A DNA stretch of 64,000 bases, filler included, from Circinaria calcarea (GCA_051942165.1; 35 parts of 35 records of this genome joined end to end with filler, not necessarily neighbours in it); one strand, 5' to 3'; positions 23,008-34,680 are shown, numbered from the whole stretch's first letter. Notes: generated from the letters alone by a model not told the origin. Numbers and translations are program-made.

Positions 23008-24437
23008 TGTCTTGGAATTCTCTGGAAGGTACGGGAGGAGGTGCTTGACTCAGGCTCCGCATTTCTCAAATACAGACCAGGGCTACATACCCCGTAGAGT
23101 TCCAACAGAGAGAATGGTGCATTGAATAAGCCGTATTCAGGTGCTTCTGCAGACTCGGCTTACGAATCTAGGTAGGCTTCACTGATGGTAATAGAAACGG
23201 CTGAAAACGCTTCCTGAATAACTAATGCAGCATTTGCATCATTGGGCATGCCCGGCCGGCCGGATGCATTAGTAGACCCAAGTATCTACATATCAGCGGA
23301 AAACAAAAGACCGATGTTAGTTGGTGGAGAAACCATGGTGAGCTGTCGGTCGATGGAAAACCGCTTAAAAGTGGTGTGCAAGCGATTGGTGTGCAGAAAG
23401 CCGATAAGAAAACGAAGCTCGCTCCAAACCTAATCAATGAAACTAAGCCGTGTTTACATATATCCTGCCTATAGTGCTCAAGAGGATGCGGCCTCTCGAG
23501 CGTAGCTTACAGATAATAGTTCGTCACCTGCTCTGGCCACGGCTGCCCGCATACGGAACAGCACATCGCTTGCAGGGAGCGAGAATAAGATCGACAACGT
23601 TCGACCAGTCCCTTGGAATGAGCTTCCTACCTCCCCGCAGTCTAGGGCATAACCACCTATCATGATAACTTTTTCATCCGAGCCGTGCGACATGCTGTAC
23701 GACTCCAGCGAGTCCTCGGTAAAAGTCATACCCCCTAATGGACCGTTGTAACGTCGCTAACATGCTATTCTGCTTCATCAGGGGAACAATTGCCTTTTCT
23801 CAGCTGCATGTCGTTGACCCCGCTTTTACGTCCTACTCCGTCCTTGNNNNNNNNNNNNNNNNNNNNNNNNNNNNNNNNNNNNNNNNNNNNTTAATTAATT
23901 AANNNNNNNNNNNNNNNNNNNNNNNNNNNNNNNNNNNNNNNNNNNNTGCACTCGGGTCGAACGCGAGCGCCTCCATCGTACGGGCTGCAACGATCATGGT
24001 GTGAATGGCTTCTAGTAGTGTAGGCATTGCGAGATTCAAGATCTAACTGTAAAGGGAGGAATTTACTTAGAATCAATATATAATCAAATGCTTTGGAATA
24101 TAGACTGCAGAAAACGAGCATGCGAAGTGTGAAGAGATATATTCGAAACTGGAAAGGGATACATGTTATATATAGTACAGGATTCATATGAAATGTCCGT
24201 AGAATAGCAGATCGCTTGGTGAGAATCAAAGAACTGTCCAAGCTCCAGAAACTAAATATACTCGACCAAGATAGGTTAGGGCTAGGGCTTACAGCAAAAA
24301 TTGGTATGACCTGGTAAACATTGGTAGGCTAGTGAACCCTCAGGCCGGCGCAAGGCAGTCGGAGCTCAGACCCTTATCTTAACCCTAATTCTCAGACACA
24401 AAAGTTGTTATTATCTATTTCTGAATGCCAAGAGGTC

Positions 24438-25683
24438 ATGGCGGGACGTGAAACTTTGGCAAATCCGGTCCATCCGAATCTTGCCTTTCAACCAGTCACC
24501 CACGCCATCGACAAGACCATCACCAAACCGGGTACTGTTCGAATCAATGTCGAAGGCGCCTTTATCGTTGATGATGGTACAGCTACTCCCGAAACTTCCG
24601 ATGGAGACGGAGCTCCAAATCCCACCAGGGATATCCGGCTACCCCACCATACAGCTGTCGTCAGCCATGTTGCTGTGGACGTATGGCAAGCTCATAGCTC
24701 TTCGCCGTGAGGGAAGTGAGCTAATGGAATTGCCCTCAGATTGGTGGTTCTCTGGCAAAGCTCGTGTACTTCTCGCGTGAACCCAATTCAAAGGAGCTCG
24801 GCGGAAGGTTGAACTTTCTGAAGTTCGAAACCGATCGCATAGACCATTGCCTCGAGTTTATACAACAGCTGAAGTCGAACTACCTGAGGCTCAATGGTTC
24901 CGGCCCTGGGGAGCTTTGCATTATGGCGACTGGTGGAGGGGCCTACAAATACTATGACCGGATGAGGGAGGTGCTTGAGGTCGAAGTGCTACGAGAAGAC
25001 GAGATGGAGTGCTTGATCATCGGTAGGTTGTCTCACGCAAAATCTCCGTAGAAGCAGCGTTCTCTGACAAAGCTTCAGGCCTCGATTTCTTCATTACAGA
25101 GATTCCTCGGGAGGTATTCACTCACAGCGAATCCGATCCAATGCATTTTGCCGAGCCTCGCGCAGACATCTATCCATACCTCCTTGTGAACATTGGCTCG
25201 GGCGTATCTATGATCAAGGTGGCAGGACCAAAACAGTACGACCGCATTGGAGGCACTTCTCTCGGTGGGGGAACCCTATGGGGTCTCTTGTCCCTTCTGA
25301 CCGGTGCAAGGACCTTCGATGAGATGCTTGCAATGGCGGAGAGGGGAGACAATACAGCGGTAGATATGCTTGTGGGAGATATCTATGGGACAGATTACGG
25401 AAAGATTGGTCTCGCCAGCAGTACCATTGCGAGTAGCTTTGGCAAAGTCTTCAAGATGAAGCGGCAGGCTGAAAATGACGCCGAGGACGATGGCGGGTTG
25501 GTTAACGGCGATCGAGCTCATTCTCGTGGACATACCGAAGACGGACGTACCTTCCGAGCAGAAGACATGAGTAGGAGTTTGCTCTATGCCATAAGGTAGA
25601 CTCATCACCGGGAACCTAATAACCCGGCTGACATGATATAGCAATAACATTGGCCAAATTGCCTATCTGCAGTCTGAAAAACA
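24438..25683 (+). CDS. CAB1: Type II pantothenate kinase (fumble), 3'-partial; introns 24681..24739, 25023..25078, 25596..25641
   Basis: [71 protein letters not shown]. Confidence 0.96.
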
Positions 25684-25783
25684 NNNNNNNNNNNNNNNNN
25701 NNNNNNNNNNNNNNNNNNNNNNNNNNNTTAATTAATTAANNNNNNNNNNNNNNNNNNNNNNNNNNNNNNNNNNNNNNNNNNNN

Positions 25784-26492
25784 ATGATGAGCCATGCGTT
25801 CACGCTCGTGGAAGAAACTAGACGCACAACCTGGCAACAACTCCACCATCGGCCAGACCAACCCTATGGAATGCGTACGTCGGCAAGATATTTGAATAAG
25901 CAATTGAAATACCTCCTATCAACCTTGATCAAAGATCGCCTTGAAAAAATCCTTAGTATGATACAACAGAAGATGGCGGTGTCGAAAAAAGGTAGCTGGA
26001 CACCAGCATTTGCGATGTTATCGGTCCTTGCTATGGTAGGCGAATCACTCCAGCTGTTGATCCGATGCAAAGAATACGATAATCAAGAGGAAGGTTCCGC
26101 CACTCCAGGATCAGACGACACTCAGACACTCAATAACATCGAAGAGCGCTTAGGCTACTTGACTGGCATCTTCCATACCAAGTATACGGGAGACAGGAAC
26201 AAGTTTCGAAATCCTCTCTATGACTCCAAAACTCGCAGCGGGTTAGACATCCATGACATAGAATTCGTTGGGGGAATACACGACATCATCGAAGATCATC
26301 GTATGTTCTTCATTGCACCACTCCGGAATAAATCGAGTCTTCAAGCTAATGATGGCAGTCGAACACCTAAAAGGACTTGATAGTGTGTCGCCATTTCCAA
26401 CCTTCTCGGAGGGTAAGGTTGCTAGACCTCAAGGACGATTGCTGGCACACTTCCTATTATCCCTGGTCCCGGACAACATAATCGGCAGATAG
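25784..26492 (+). CDS. Uncharacterised fungal protein, C-terminus (possibly a transcription-factor C-terminal region); intron about 26301..26357
   Basis: Open frame from contig start, GTATGT donor, CTAAT branch, CAG acceptor into ORF 26268..26492; family not securely recognised. Confidence 0.55.
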
Positions 26493-27065
26493 AGTTGACG
26501 GACGCAGGAGTATCGGACTTGCATGACAGTATGATATTGTACCCAAGGGATCTCCAGCAACCCTCGTAACGGTACGAACTGGATATAACTACCGCGATGA
26601 TTAACAATACTCATATCCCGATCCGACCTGGAACGAGAACGGGGCCAGAGTAGTGTAAATCAGACGACAGGCATCACATAGAACCATGCATCGTTCAGCG
26701 TAAATAGCTTGCGTTAGAAAACAGTGATGTATTTGCTAAGAATAAATGTCCGTCTATGCTATAGTCCTACTGCTCCACAGAAAGAGATTCAAACCGAACA
26801 GTAGGGTGGAGAAGACGCGGCTCTGCTAAGTACCTGTTCTCTTCTTCGACTGGGATTTATATTAGTTACGCTCCGCGACCATGGGGGAAGAAGGTACGGG
26901 AGGTAGGCAAAATCGTCGTTTGTACAACGGGGGACCTGAATGGCTAGTTTGGCTGTTGTACAGTATAATTGAGGGGGAGAGAGAGTGTGTGAAGTCCCCA
27001 AAACTCCGCGGCTTTTTGGTTTTCCGCACGGCAACGGAACACGTGTAGTGCGGACACTTTTTTTG

Positions 27066-27069
<4 letters not shown>

Positions 27070-27125
<56 letters not shown>
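27070..27125. repeat. (GA)n microsatellite, about 28 units
   Basis: Directly visible. Confidence 0.97.
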
Positions 27126-27129
<4 letters not shown>

Positions 27130-27620
27130 CCGGAAGTACTCTGTAAAAGGGTATTGGGGATCTTCTCCAAAGGGCATCAGATGTCGTAGTTTTGCGATTG
27201 CGACGGACAGATAGACAGACAGAATAGCTATCGGAAAGGAAAAAAATTATAATTTCTTAAAAAGAAAAAGGGCAGGACTATCCATTCGCGTAGCTCTCTC
27301 TCTCGTTCAATTTTGCTTGTACGGAGGAGACGTAAAACTGGTGTTGCATGTAGGAAGGAAGGAAGGAAAACAAAATTTTCTCGAAAACATGTCGGAAAAC
27401 TTTTTCCCCGCTACCAGTAACTAAGCCTTACCGTATGGTAATTAACAGCGCTTAGATAATCCAAACCCCTCCCAAAGTCCCCCCTTTTACGAATTCCCAA
27501 CCACAAAAACCCACCACCACNNNNNNNNNNNNNNNNNNNNNNNNNNNNNNNNNNNNNNNNNNNNTTAATTAATTAANNNNNNNNNNNNNNNNNNNNNNNN
27601 NNNNNNNNNNNNNNNNNNNN

Positions 27621-28527
27621 AGGGATCAACGATTATATCAAATGGTCCCTCCAGGATGGCGATCTCACTCGTTACAACTTCATTCCGGCTCTGGTGGTCA
27701 ATGCAATGAAACCAGGCGAAACCGTTGACCAAGTCGTAGCCCGCACCACAGCTGAGCTTCACGAACTGGGCGACCGCTACCGTGATCAGTGGCGTATTCG
27801 TAGAAGCATTGAAGGTGACGATGTTGTCTGCAACGATGGCTATGATGATGACGGTGATTATGATGACGATGATGATGCCGATGACGACGCTTCGCCAAAG
27901 GGCAAAGGGAAAGGCCATGCGAAAGCGAAAGGGAAAGGAAAAGGCAAGGGCAAAGCCGTCGATAGTACAGCAACTCCTAAGACACCAAAGACCTCCAAAC
28001 CCCCTAAGAAGGGAGGTAAAGGTTCTGACTCTTTTGGTGGTCCCTCTGGCTCTACTGCCGGTCCTCCTGAATCCGCCAGCGGCTCCTCAAGCTCCACCGT
28101 CACCGCCGGCCGCTCGGGCGATCAGACCTGGGACTCCAGCGGACCCACTATATGCATCACCGGCCCTGAGATCAGAAAGAGACCCACCACCTCCACTAAG
28201 AAACCTACCAACTTTGCGTCCCAAAAAGCCAAAGGCAAAGGAAAAGCCAAAGCCGTCGTCGCCGAAGAAGACCAATTCGAGTACGAGCTCCCGACGCTCT
28301 ACGGCCTCATCATCGCCCACACCATCGTCGCCATCGTCTCCTACGACGTCGCCGTGCACCACAAGGACCCGCTGCGCTCCATTGCCGTCTTCGATTTCGG
28401 GGACAACGACCAGGACGTGTGGAACGCATTTGCGGTTGCCATTGTGGTGGTGACGGTGCGGAATTATCTCATGGACTTGGATTGGGAGGAGAAGGCCGTG
28501 GAAGTGGAGGTGGATCCGGATCTTTGA
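27621..28527 (+). CDS. Conserved fungal hypothetical protein, C-terminus, with acidic tract and GK repeats
   Basis: Long open frame with strong GC3 bias; LPTLYGLII.HTIV...FDF...DQDVWNAFAVAI block. Confidence 0.7.
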
Positions 28528-29820
28528 GGCGAGGTTTGAAAAGAGAAGGGGAGGGGAAATGGAAGGGGATTTTGCCGAGGCGGGGCTTTTTCGTGTCCCA
28601 GCTCTGCGTGTGTGTGTGTGCAAGGAAAGGAAGGAAGGAATTCCGAGACTGGACACGGATGTGCAAATAACCCTTCCCCCCTCCCCCTTCTTCTTTTTCC
28701 CTCTTGTGCAAAGGGAAGGAACCCCAAAGGCCAAATTTGCTTGCGCCATGTAAGAAGCCGGCCCTGGAGGTGGTACCCTTTGGAATATTGTTCAGGAGGC
28801 CATACATGTACAACCTTGCTACCTACTCCCTGCTCTATTCTCGATATGGCAACCATCTTCGATAGGAGAACTTTTTTTGCTCAAAAACCCTTTAGCTCTA
28901 AAAAAAACCCTAAATTTTGCTCTAATTACCCCCCCCCACCACCACACTTGGGTATTGAGAGTGAGAGAATATGACTGACCGACTGACTGCAATTGTTCTT
29001 CTTTCTTCCCCACCCCCATTCCCATTCCCATTCGCCTCTCGAATCTCAAATCTCGAATCTATAAAATTGACACCCTGTAAAATTACCCCCCTCCAAATCT
29101 AAATGGTTCTTGACGACCAACCCCCCAACCTCCCGCCAGGTCCTGGGGTCTATAATGAATGTCCTTGAGAGAGTGAGAGATTTGCTAATTAATGGATCGA
29201 AAAAGGCGCAAAACCTCACCCCTACCCCCTTTTTTTTCTCCCCCTTTTTCCTTTTCCCTTTTCCCTTTTCCCTTTTCCCTTTTCCCTGGTTCTGGCTCTT
29301 GCTGTTTTACAGCTCTATATACCCGATCCGCGGACTAAGAACCAGAACCAGAACAANNNNNNNNNNNNNNNNNNNNNNNNNNNNNNNNNNNNNNNNNNNN
29401 TTAATTAATTAANNNNNNNNNNNNNNNNNNNNNNNNNNNNNNNNNNNNNNNNNNNNTTATAAAACCTTTTCATTATTAGTATTAATTTTTATTTATTTAA
29501 TCTCTTTTAAATTAAACTATAGTTTACTCTGAATATTAAACCTATCTTATTAATTTTTAAGCTTTAAGTAATTTATTTGAATAATATTCCCTAAATATTA
29601 CTCACCCTTTGTTGACCTTGTCGAAAAAACATAAGATGCTTCTTGTATTTGTTATTGTTATTGTTTTTTCATTTTTTATTCTTTTGTTTTTTTTGTTTAT
29701 TATTGTTTTTTTTTGTTGAATAAAAAATGAAAACGTCATTTTCAAATATGTTATTATATTACTAATCATCTCTCTTTAAAAAGAGAGATGATAAATAAAA
29801 ATTGTTCTAACTGTTTTAAG

Positions 29821-29892
29821 GGAGGATACCCTGATTCGAACAAGGATATACTATGCCACATACAGTAGTTCTACCTTTAAACTATATCCACC
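29821..29892 (-). tRNA. trnH: mt tRNA-His (GTG)
   Basis: Loop ATGTGGC, GTTCGAAT T-loop, encoded G-1; one U:U mismatch in the acceptor stem. Confidence 0.88.
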
Positions 29893-29926
29893 TTTTTATT
29901 TTTATAGCCATAAGTCATACTTATAA

Positions 29927-30002
29927 AATCTTATCAAAGATTTGAACTTAGATAAAAATATTAGGAATATTCTGCTCTATATATATATAGAGCTAATAAG
30001 AT
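29927..30002 (-). tRNA. trnR: Aberrant mt tRNA-Arg with CCT anticodon and (TA)6 D-loop (possible pseudogene)
   Basis: ATCTTAT/ATAAGAT acceptor, GCTC/GAGC D-stem, GAATA-TTCCTAA-TATTT anticodon arm, GTTCAAAT T-loop. Confidence 0.7.
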
Positions 30003-30013
30003 AAAAACAAAGA

Positions 30014-30084
30014 CGCCTTTAAGATGACTCGAACACCTATACAGATATTAACAGTATCTCGCTCTACCTTTGAGCTATAAAGGC
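30014..30084 (-). tRNA. trnN: mt tRNA-Asn (GTT)
   Basis: GCCTTTA/TAAAGGC acceptor; loop CTGTTAA. Confidence 0.92.
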
Positions 30085-30088
30085 CTAG

Positions 30089-30160
30089 AAACGCGTACAA
30101 GATTCGAACTTATATTATTGTGTCCGTAGCACAGTGTTCTAACCATTGAACTAACACGTT
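30089..30160 (-). tRNA. trnR: mt tRNA-Arg (ACG)
   Basis: AACGTGT/ACGCGTT acceptor; loop CTACGGA. Confidence 0.88.
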
Positions 30161-30175
30161 TTAAATAAAACAAAC

Positions 30176-30248
30176 TTATGTTGGAGCGATTCGAACACTC
30201 AGTAGTAAATACCAAAAATTTATGACTTGCCAATTAGTCGACAACATA
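30176..30248 (-). tRNA. trnQ: mt tRNA-Gln (TTG)
   Basis: TATGTTG/CAACATA acceptor; loop TTTTGGT. Confidence 0.9.
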
Positions 30249-30267
30249 TTATAAAATAAAAGAAATA

Positions 30268-30351
30268 TATAGATGACAAGACTCGAACTTGTAAAGTTAA
30301 ATACTATTCCGGCCTAAAAGGAATCTGGTTACCAAATTTCAGCACATCTAT
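30268..30351 (-). tRNA. trnL: mt tRNA-Leu (TAG)
   Basis: ATAGATG/CATCTAT acceptor; loop TTTAGGC; long variable arm. Confidence 0.85.
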
Positions 30352-30425
30352 TGCTCGAGATAAGACTTGAACTTATAACCTAAACATCTTCAGTGTTCCG
30401 CTCGACCAAATTGAGCTTCTCGAGC
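30352..30425 (-). tRNA. trnF: mt tRNA-Phe (GAA)
   Basis: GCTCGAG/CTCGAGC acceptor; loop CTGAAGA. Confidence 0.92.
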
Positions 30426-30447
30426 TTTAATAATATAAAAAGCTAAA

Positions 30448-30519
30448 TGGAAATATTAGGATTCGATCCTAAAATAACGATATGCAAAATCGCAGTTTTA
30501 CCTATTAAACTATATCCCC
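30448..30519 (-). tRNA. trnA: mt tRNA-Ala (TGC)
   Basis: GGGGATA/TATTTCC acceptor with G3:U70; loop TTTGCAT. Confidence 0.9.
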
Positions 30520-30538
30520 TTATATTTATATTAATTAA

Positions 30539-30620
30539 TATCCGAAAAACGACTTGAACGTTTACGATTTACATCAATAAATCTTAAGATTATCCTGTCT
30601 ACCATTTCCAGCACTCGGAT
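30539..30620 (-). tRNA. trnL: mt tRNA-Leu (TAA)
   Basis: ATCCGAG/TTCGGAT acceptor; loop CTTAAGA; long variable arm. Confidence 0.88.
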
Positions 30621-30621
30621 T

Positions 30622-30694
30622 TAAGGCCAGAATGATTTGAACACTCATCTAAGCTATCATGAACAGCTGGCTTTCCCTGTTAAGCTACAACCTT
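30622..30694 (-). tRNA. trnM: mt tRNA-Met (CAT), second isotype
   Basis: AAGGTTG/TGGCCTT acceptor; loop TTCATGA. Confidence 0.85.
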
Positions 30695-30708
30695 TAGCGA
30701 ATATTTTA

Positions 30709-30779
30709 GTGCGGACTAAGGATTCGAACCTTAATCTACTGGTCATGAGTCAGGTATGCTACCATTACACCAATCCGCA
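30709..30779 (-). tRNA. trnM: mt tRNA-Met (CAT)
   Basis: TGCGGAT/GTCCGCA acceptor; loop CTCATGA. Confidence 0.9.
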
Positions 30780-30781
30780 TT

Positions 30782-30853
30782 TGAGAAATAGGTGAGTCGA
30801 ACACCTGACCATTCGTGTGTAAAACGACTGCTCTACCACTGAGCTAATTTCTC
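30782..30853 (-). tRNA. trnV: mt tRNA-Val (TAC)
   Basis: GAGAAAT/ATTTCTC acceptor; loop TTTACAC. Confidence 0.92.
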
Positions 30854-30857
30854 TCTC

Positions 30858-30932
30858 TAACCCAGGAGAGATTTGAACTCCCGTATGTAACAGTGAAAAA
30901 GTTATGTCTTAACCGGACTTGACTACTGGGTC
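30858..30932 (-). tRNA. trnE: mt tRNA-Glu (TTC)
   Basis: GACCCAG/CTGGGTT acceptor; loop TTTTCAC; GTTCAAAT T-loop. Confidence 0.9.
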
Positions 30933-30940
30933 TTGCTTTT

Positions 30941-31011
30941 AGCCTAGTGTAAGTATTGCACTTACTTCCACCGATTACAAAACGGTCGCATTGCTTTTAT
31001 GCTAACCAGGC
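30941..31011 (-). tRNA. trnT: mt tRNA-Thr (TGT)
   Basis: GCCTGGT/ACTAGGC acceptor; anticodon loop TTTGTAA. Confidence 0.9.
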
Positions 31012-31357
31012 TTTAATTAAATAAAAAAAAAAAAAGGAAATAAATTTACAATTCATATAAGATCATTAGTTTCTAATGACCTAAACATAACACCTATAAT
31101 AAAAATATTACTAGTAATAATAACATAATTGTTGCTATTACTGTTCATCCTAATAAAGATAGACTACATAACTTTATACTATATTAAATAGNNNNNNNNN
31201 NNNNNNNNNNNNNNNNNNNNNNNNNNNNNNNNNNNTTAATTAATTAANNNNNNNNNNNNNNNNNNNNNNNNNNNNNNNNNNNNNNNNNNNNCCGCTCCCT
31301 ACGCGGCAACCGACTTCGCGTCATGCAGGATGCTGATTGTCCGTTCCCCCGTTATAG

Positions 31358-32019
31358 ACGCGCTCCGCCGCTCTCTCAGGTAGAGCATGATACCTCCTCT
31401 ACCGCCTCCCTAATCGACGTCGACTCCCCGCACGTCTCCTCCGTACCCTCTGATTACTCCGGTGAAACCTCGACGCAAGCCGAGCGCCAAGAACGCGAAG
31501 CCGAGGAGGCCGAACGCGAAGCCAAAGCCAAGTTTGAAGAGGTATCGAACGAAACCAAAGAGAAGACCCACAAAGGAAAGGAAGTTGCGGGGGAAAAGTA
31601 TCAAAAGGGCAAGGAGGTCGCGAGTGAGAAGGCCAAACAGGCCAAGGCGAAGACGGAGAGGAAGGGGAGGGAGTTGGACCAGAATAAGGATAACCCTGTG
31701 GTGTTGGGGAACATGGTGCTGATTGGATTGGGAAGCGCTGCGTTGGGGTATGTGCCTCTTCTCTTGAGTTGCGTGATACGCGGTTGGTACTGATGTTAGA
31801 GCAGCTTCTTTGCGTATCAGAAGTACTCCATGGGCGAACTGACCTGGAAGGTCGCCGGCATGTGGGCTGGTCTCGTTGGGCTTTTCGCAACAGCAGACTA
31901 CTATGCGAGCCAGTAAGTCGGTTCCAGCCTTTCCACTTTCCATCAAAGGCATTTGGAGCTTTGGCTAATTACGCCTTTTCTCCAGATGGCTATTCCAGAA
32001 CAAGTACCCGCCCAAGTAG
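31358..32019 (+). CDS. Mitochondrial outer membrane OM14-like protein, 5'-partial; introns 31748..31804 and 31913..31985
   Basis: STASLIDVDSPHVSSVPSD, TQAER.ERE, DNPVVLGN + TM segment, ADYY.SQWLFQNKYPPK-stop. Confidence 0.75.
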
Positions 32020-33585
32020 GTGACTGCCAAACGCGGCGGGCGTGGTTTTTGAGATTGGAGAGATTTGGTCTGGAATTCTTCTCGGTTGCTTTCTACCCCC
32101 AGCGGTCTGTCCGACATGGCTGGTTACCTCTACTCCCTAATCCGACAGAGACGTCTAGATGCGTTTTTCCCCTTCTTCTTCAAGGAAAACCATTGTACTG
32201 TAACTCTAAGCTAGCTTTGTAAAGTCGACCGAAAATTTTCGAAAACTTTGCTTCGCTGGAAATCCTCACATCACATCGATCGCTCCATTCATGCTTTACT
32301 TCTACCCATGGCGGTTCTGCTACTACGATTCAGACGCTCAATTGCCTCTCTCTCTCTCTCTACTCTACTCTACTTATCCAGCCAGCCAGCCAAAAGGGGC
32401 GTCTACAACGCGGTTTGTTCCAGAAGGAAGGAGAAAGCTGTGTTAAAATCAAAGGTCCAAAAGTAAAGTTTACACAAAAAAAAATTGAAATCGAAATTTT
32501 TGCTCTGGTTTGTATCGACCGGTTCAGAGTAGGTCATAGTACATGGGCTGGGGTTTTAATTTATTTCCCCATCAGCACGCATCACATCTATTTAGTACAG
32601 GGATCAAAGAGGGGCAAAGATATGGATATGGATATCCTGCCTCCCTACTTCCGTTAATGGATTAGGGGGGGGGGGAAAGTCGTTCTCGGAGAACGGGAGA
32701 TGTGGAGCTTTGACTACGGTACAAATTACTGTACAAATCCAGTCGAATCACCTTGTAAATAACTCCCTCCTCCGTCGCGGACTAGGTGCGCCATCCCTTC
32801 CATCTATTACCTATCTATCCTACACACTCGCTTCTCGTCCACTTCTCCAAAAGGATTTCTTTTTTTCACTTCTCCCCTCTCGACGGACCCGCATCATGCG
32901 CGGCCTTGGGGACTAACTCGTCACTCTCGCTCTGGGCACCGTGGTCGCCCGAGACTTGCGCCGTAGCTGCTTTTGCCCGTGCGGTTTGCGCGGCGGGGTC
33001 GTCGGTCGGGGTGGGATTGGAGACGGNNNNNNNNNNNNNNNNNNNNNNNNNNNNNNNNNNNNNNNNNNNNTTAATTAATTAANNNNNNNNNNNNNNNNNN
33101 NNNNNNNNNNNNNNNNNNNNNNNNNNCAGAGCAGCAATCGGCTGATATGAGGAAGGTCGCAGAGCCTAACGGAATCCTCAAGTCTGTCGGAGTGGATAAC
33201 TCAAGTCAGGACCATACCTAGTAAGGACCCCAAGGGAACGGCTACTCATACTCTTGGATATTTGGAAAGAGGGTAAAATTACATGCAAAAAGTCTTTTTC
33301 GTATTGGATTTTGGTGAAAGATCTCTATCATGGTTAATGCATCGAGGGAACTGTATTGAAATCATATTATACCAATCATAGCATGTCCATGTACTCAAAA
33401 TGTCTACGACTGCTGAAAGGTGAAAATCGGCTTTTGCCGATATTGGCAGAAAGGGGCAAATGTTACAAATCGGTAACGCGTGTAGAAGGAAAGAAGAGGG
33501 GATACGACGCCAATAAGCCCCCGGCTTCTCGCTCCATATCTCATCATCCACCCCCCCGAGTATTCTCCCAGACACATTCCATCTC

Positions 33586-33671
33586 ACACACACAGCACAC
33601 AGCACACAGCACACAGCACACAGCACACAGCACACAGCACACAGCACACAGTACACAGTACACAGCACACA
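33586..33671. repeat. (CACAGCA)n 7-bp tandem repeat
   Basis: Directly visible, about 11 units. Confidence 0.95.
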
Positions 33672-33807
33672 GAAGCTGTATAGTATTTCCCATAGTATTT
33701 CCGTAGCATTTACCCCTATATACATTTCCGGTTATACCGTGCGTGCAGACTATTGAAAGACGTAGAGGCCTCCCTGTAGAATGCAGCGTCCTTTCTCGCT
33801 CGCCCAC

Positions 33808-34173
33808 TGTAAGGGCGCTGCAATCCTTGGGGCCTATTGAGGAATATGATACGTCCCGATTGGTGATAGCACGGTTACATAGGGTGTAGTTGAACTGTTG
33901 CCCTAGGCTCAATATAAGAGGAGTATATTGAACTCGTTATGGTTCTATAAACATGCTATTCTAATGAGCGGGAATAGCCTGCCTATATAGTGCCGTGCTC
34001 TCCTTGCTCACCCTGCTCACTTCATGAGCACACTGAGCAACCGGAGCAGCACGCTCACCTTGCTCACCCTGCTCACTTCCTGAGCATACTGAGCAACCGG
34101 TTCGGTAGCTGCCCTATTCCGGGTCTAGTCCCAATCGGGCCCTAGTACATGCTATAGTGCTGGCGCCATAACA
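33808..34173 (-). mobile_element. Retrotransposon LTR (366 bp, TG...CA), no TSD; internal ~43-bp duplication (34002..34044 / 34058..34100)
   Basis: Reverse complement aligns with 34313..34680 (TGTTATGGCGCCAGC start; CAGCGCCCTTACA end). Confidence 0.85.
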
Positions 34174-34312
34174 ATTAACCAAACCTCTATTAAATTCTTA
34201 TAATAAATTAATTTAGAAAAAAATATAATTAATTTATAAAAACGAAATTTTTTTTTATTGATTATATAATATAAATAAAATAAAATAAAAATTCGGGTCT
34301 AGAGCCCGTAAT

Positions 34313-34680
34313 TGTTATGGCGCCAGCGCCGCCACATGAGCTAGTACCAAATAAGGGTAGCCCCGGAGCGGCGGAGCCCGCGACCGGTGCTCAGTATACT
34401 CAGTATGCTTGGCATAGGTGAGCAAGATGAGTAGAGGGTTCTGCTCATGATGCTCAGCGTGCTCATGGAGGATGAATAGGGCGAGCAGGGTGAGCAGACC
34501 CAATATATATAGCAGGCTATTCCCGCTCTTTAGAATAGCATGCTTATAGACAGTACTCAATATTACTCATTGATATTGAGCCTAGGGCAACAGTTCAACT
34601 ACACCCTATGTAACCGTGCTATTACCAATCGGGACTTATTATATTCCTCAATAGGCCCCAAGGATTGCAGCGCCCTTACA
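34313..34680 (+). mobile_element. Solo LTR (368 bp, TG...CA) with 5-bp target-site duplication GTAAT
   Basis: GTAAT at 34308..34312 and 34681..34685; TG/CA ends; internal TATATATA box. Confidence 0.9.

Larger units (their letters stand above)
29457..31191 (-). other. Mitochondrial DNA contig (or NUMT) with tRNA cluster T-E-V-M-M-L-A-F-L-Q-R-N-R*-H
   Basis: Very AT-rich; 14 intronless tRNAs packed on one strand; TEVMMLAFLQ order is that of the cluster following rnl in filamentous ascomycete mtDNA. Confidence 0.93.

Noticed and set aside
24270..24390. TTAGGG/CCCTAA-like hexamers
   Set aside because: Only one or two imperfect copies, internal; not a telomere array
31040..31191. Hydrophobic code-4 ORF or rnl 3' end upstream of trnT
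   Set aside because: Too short and AT-rich to assign; no secure motif
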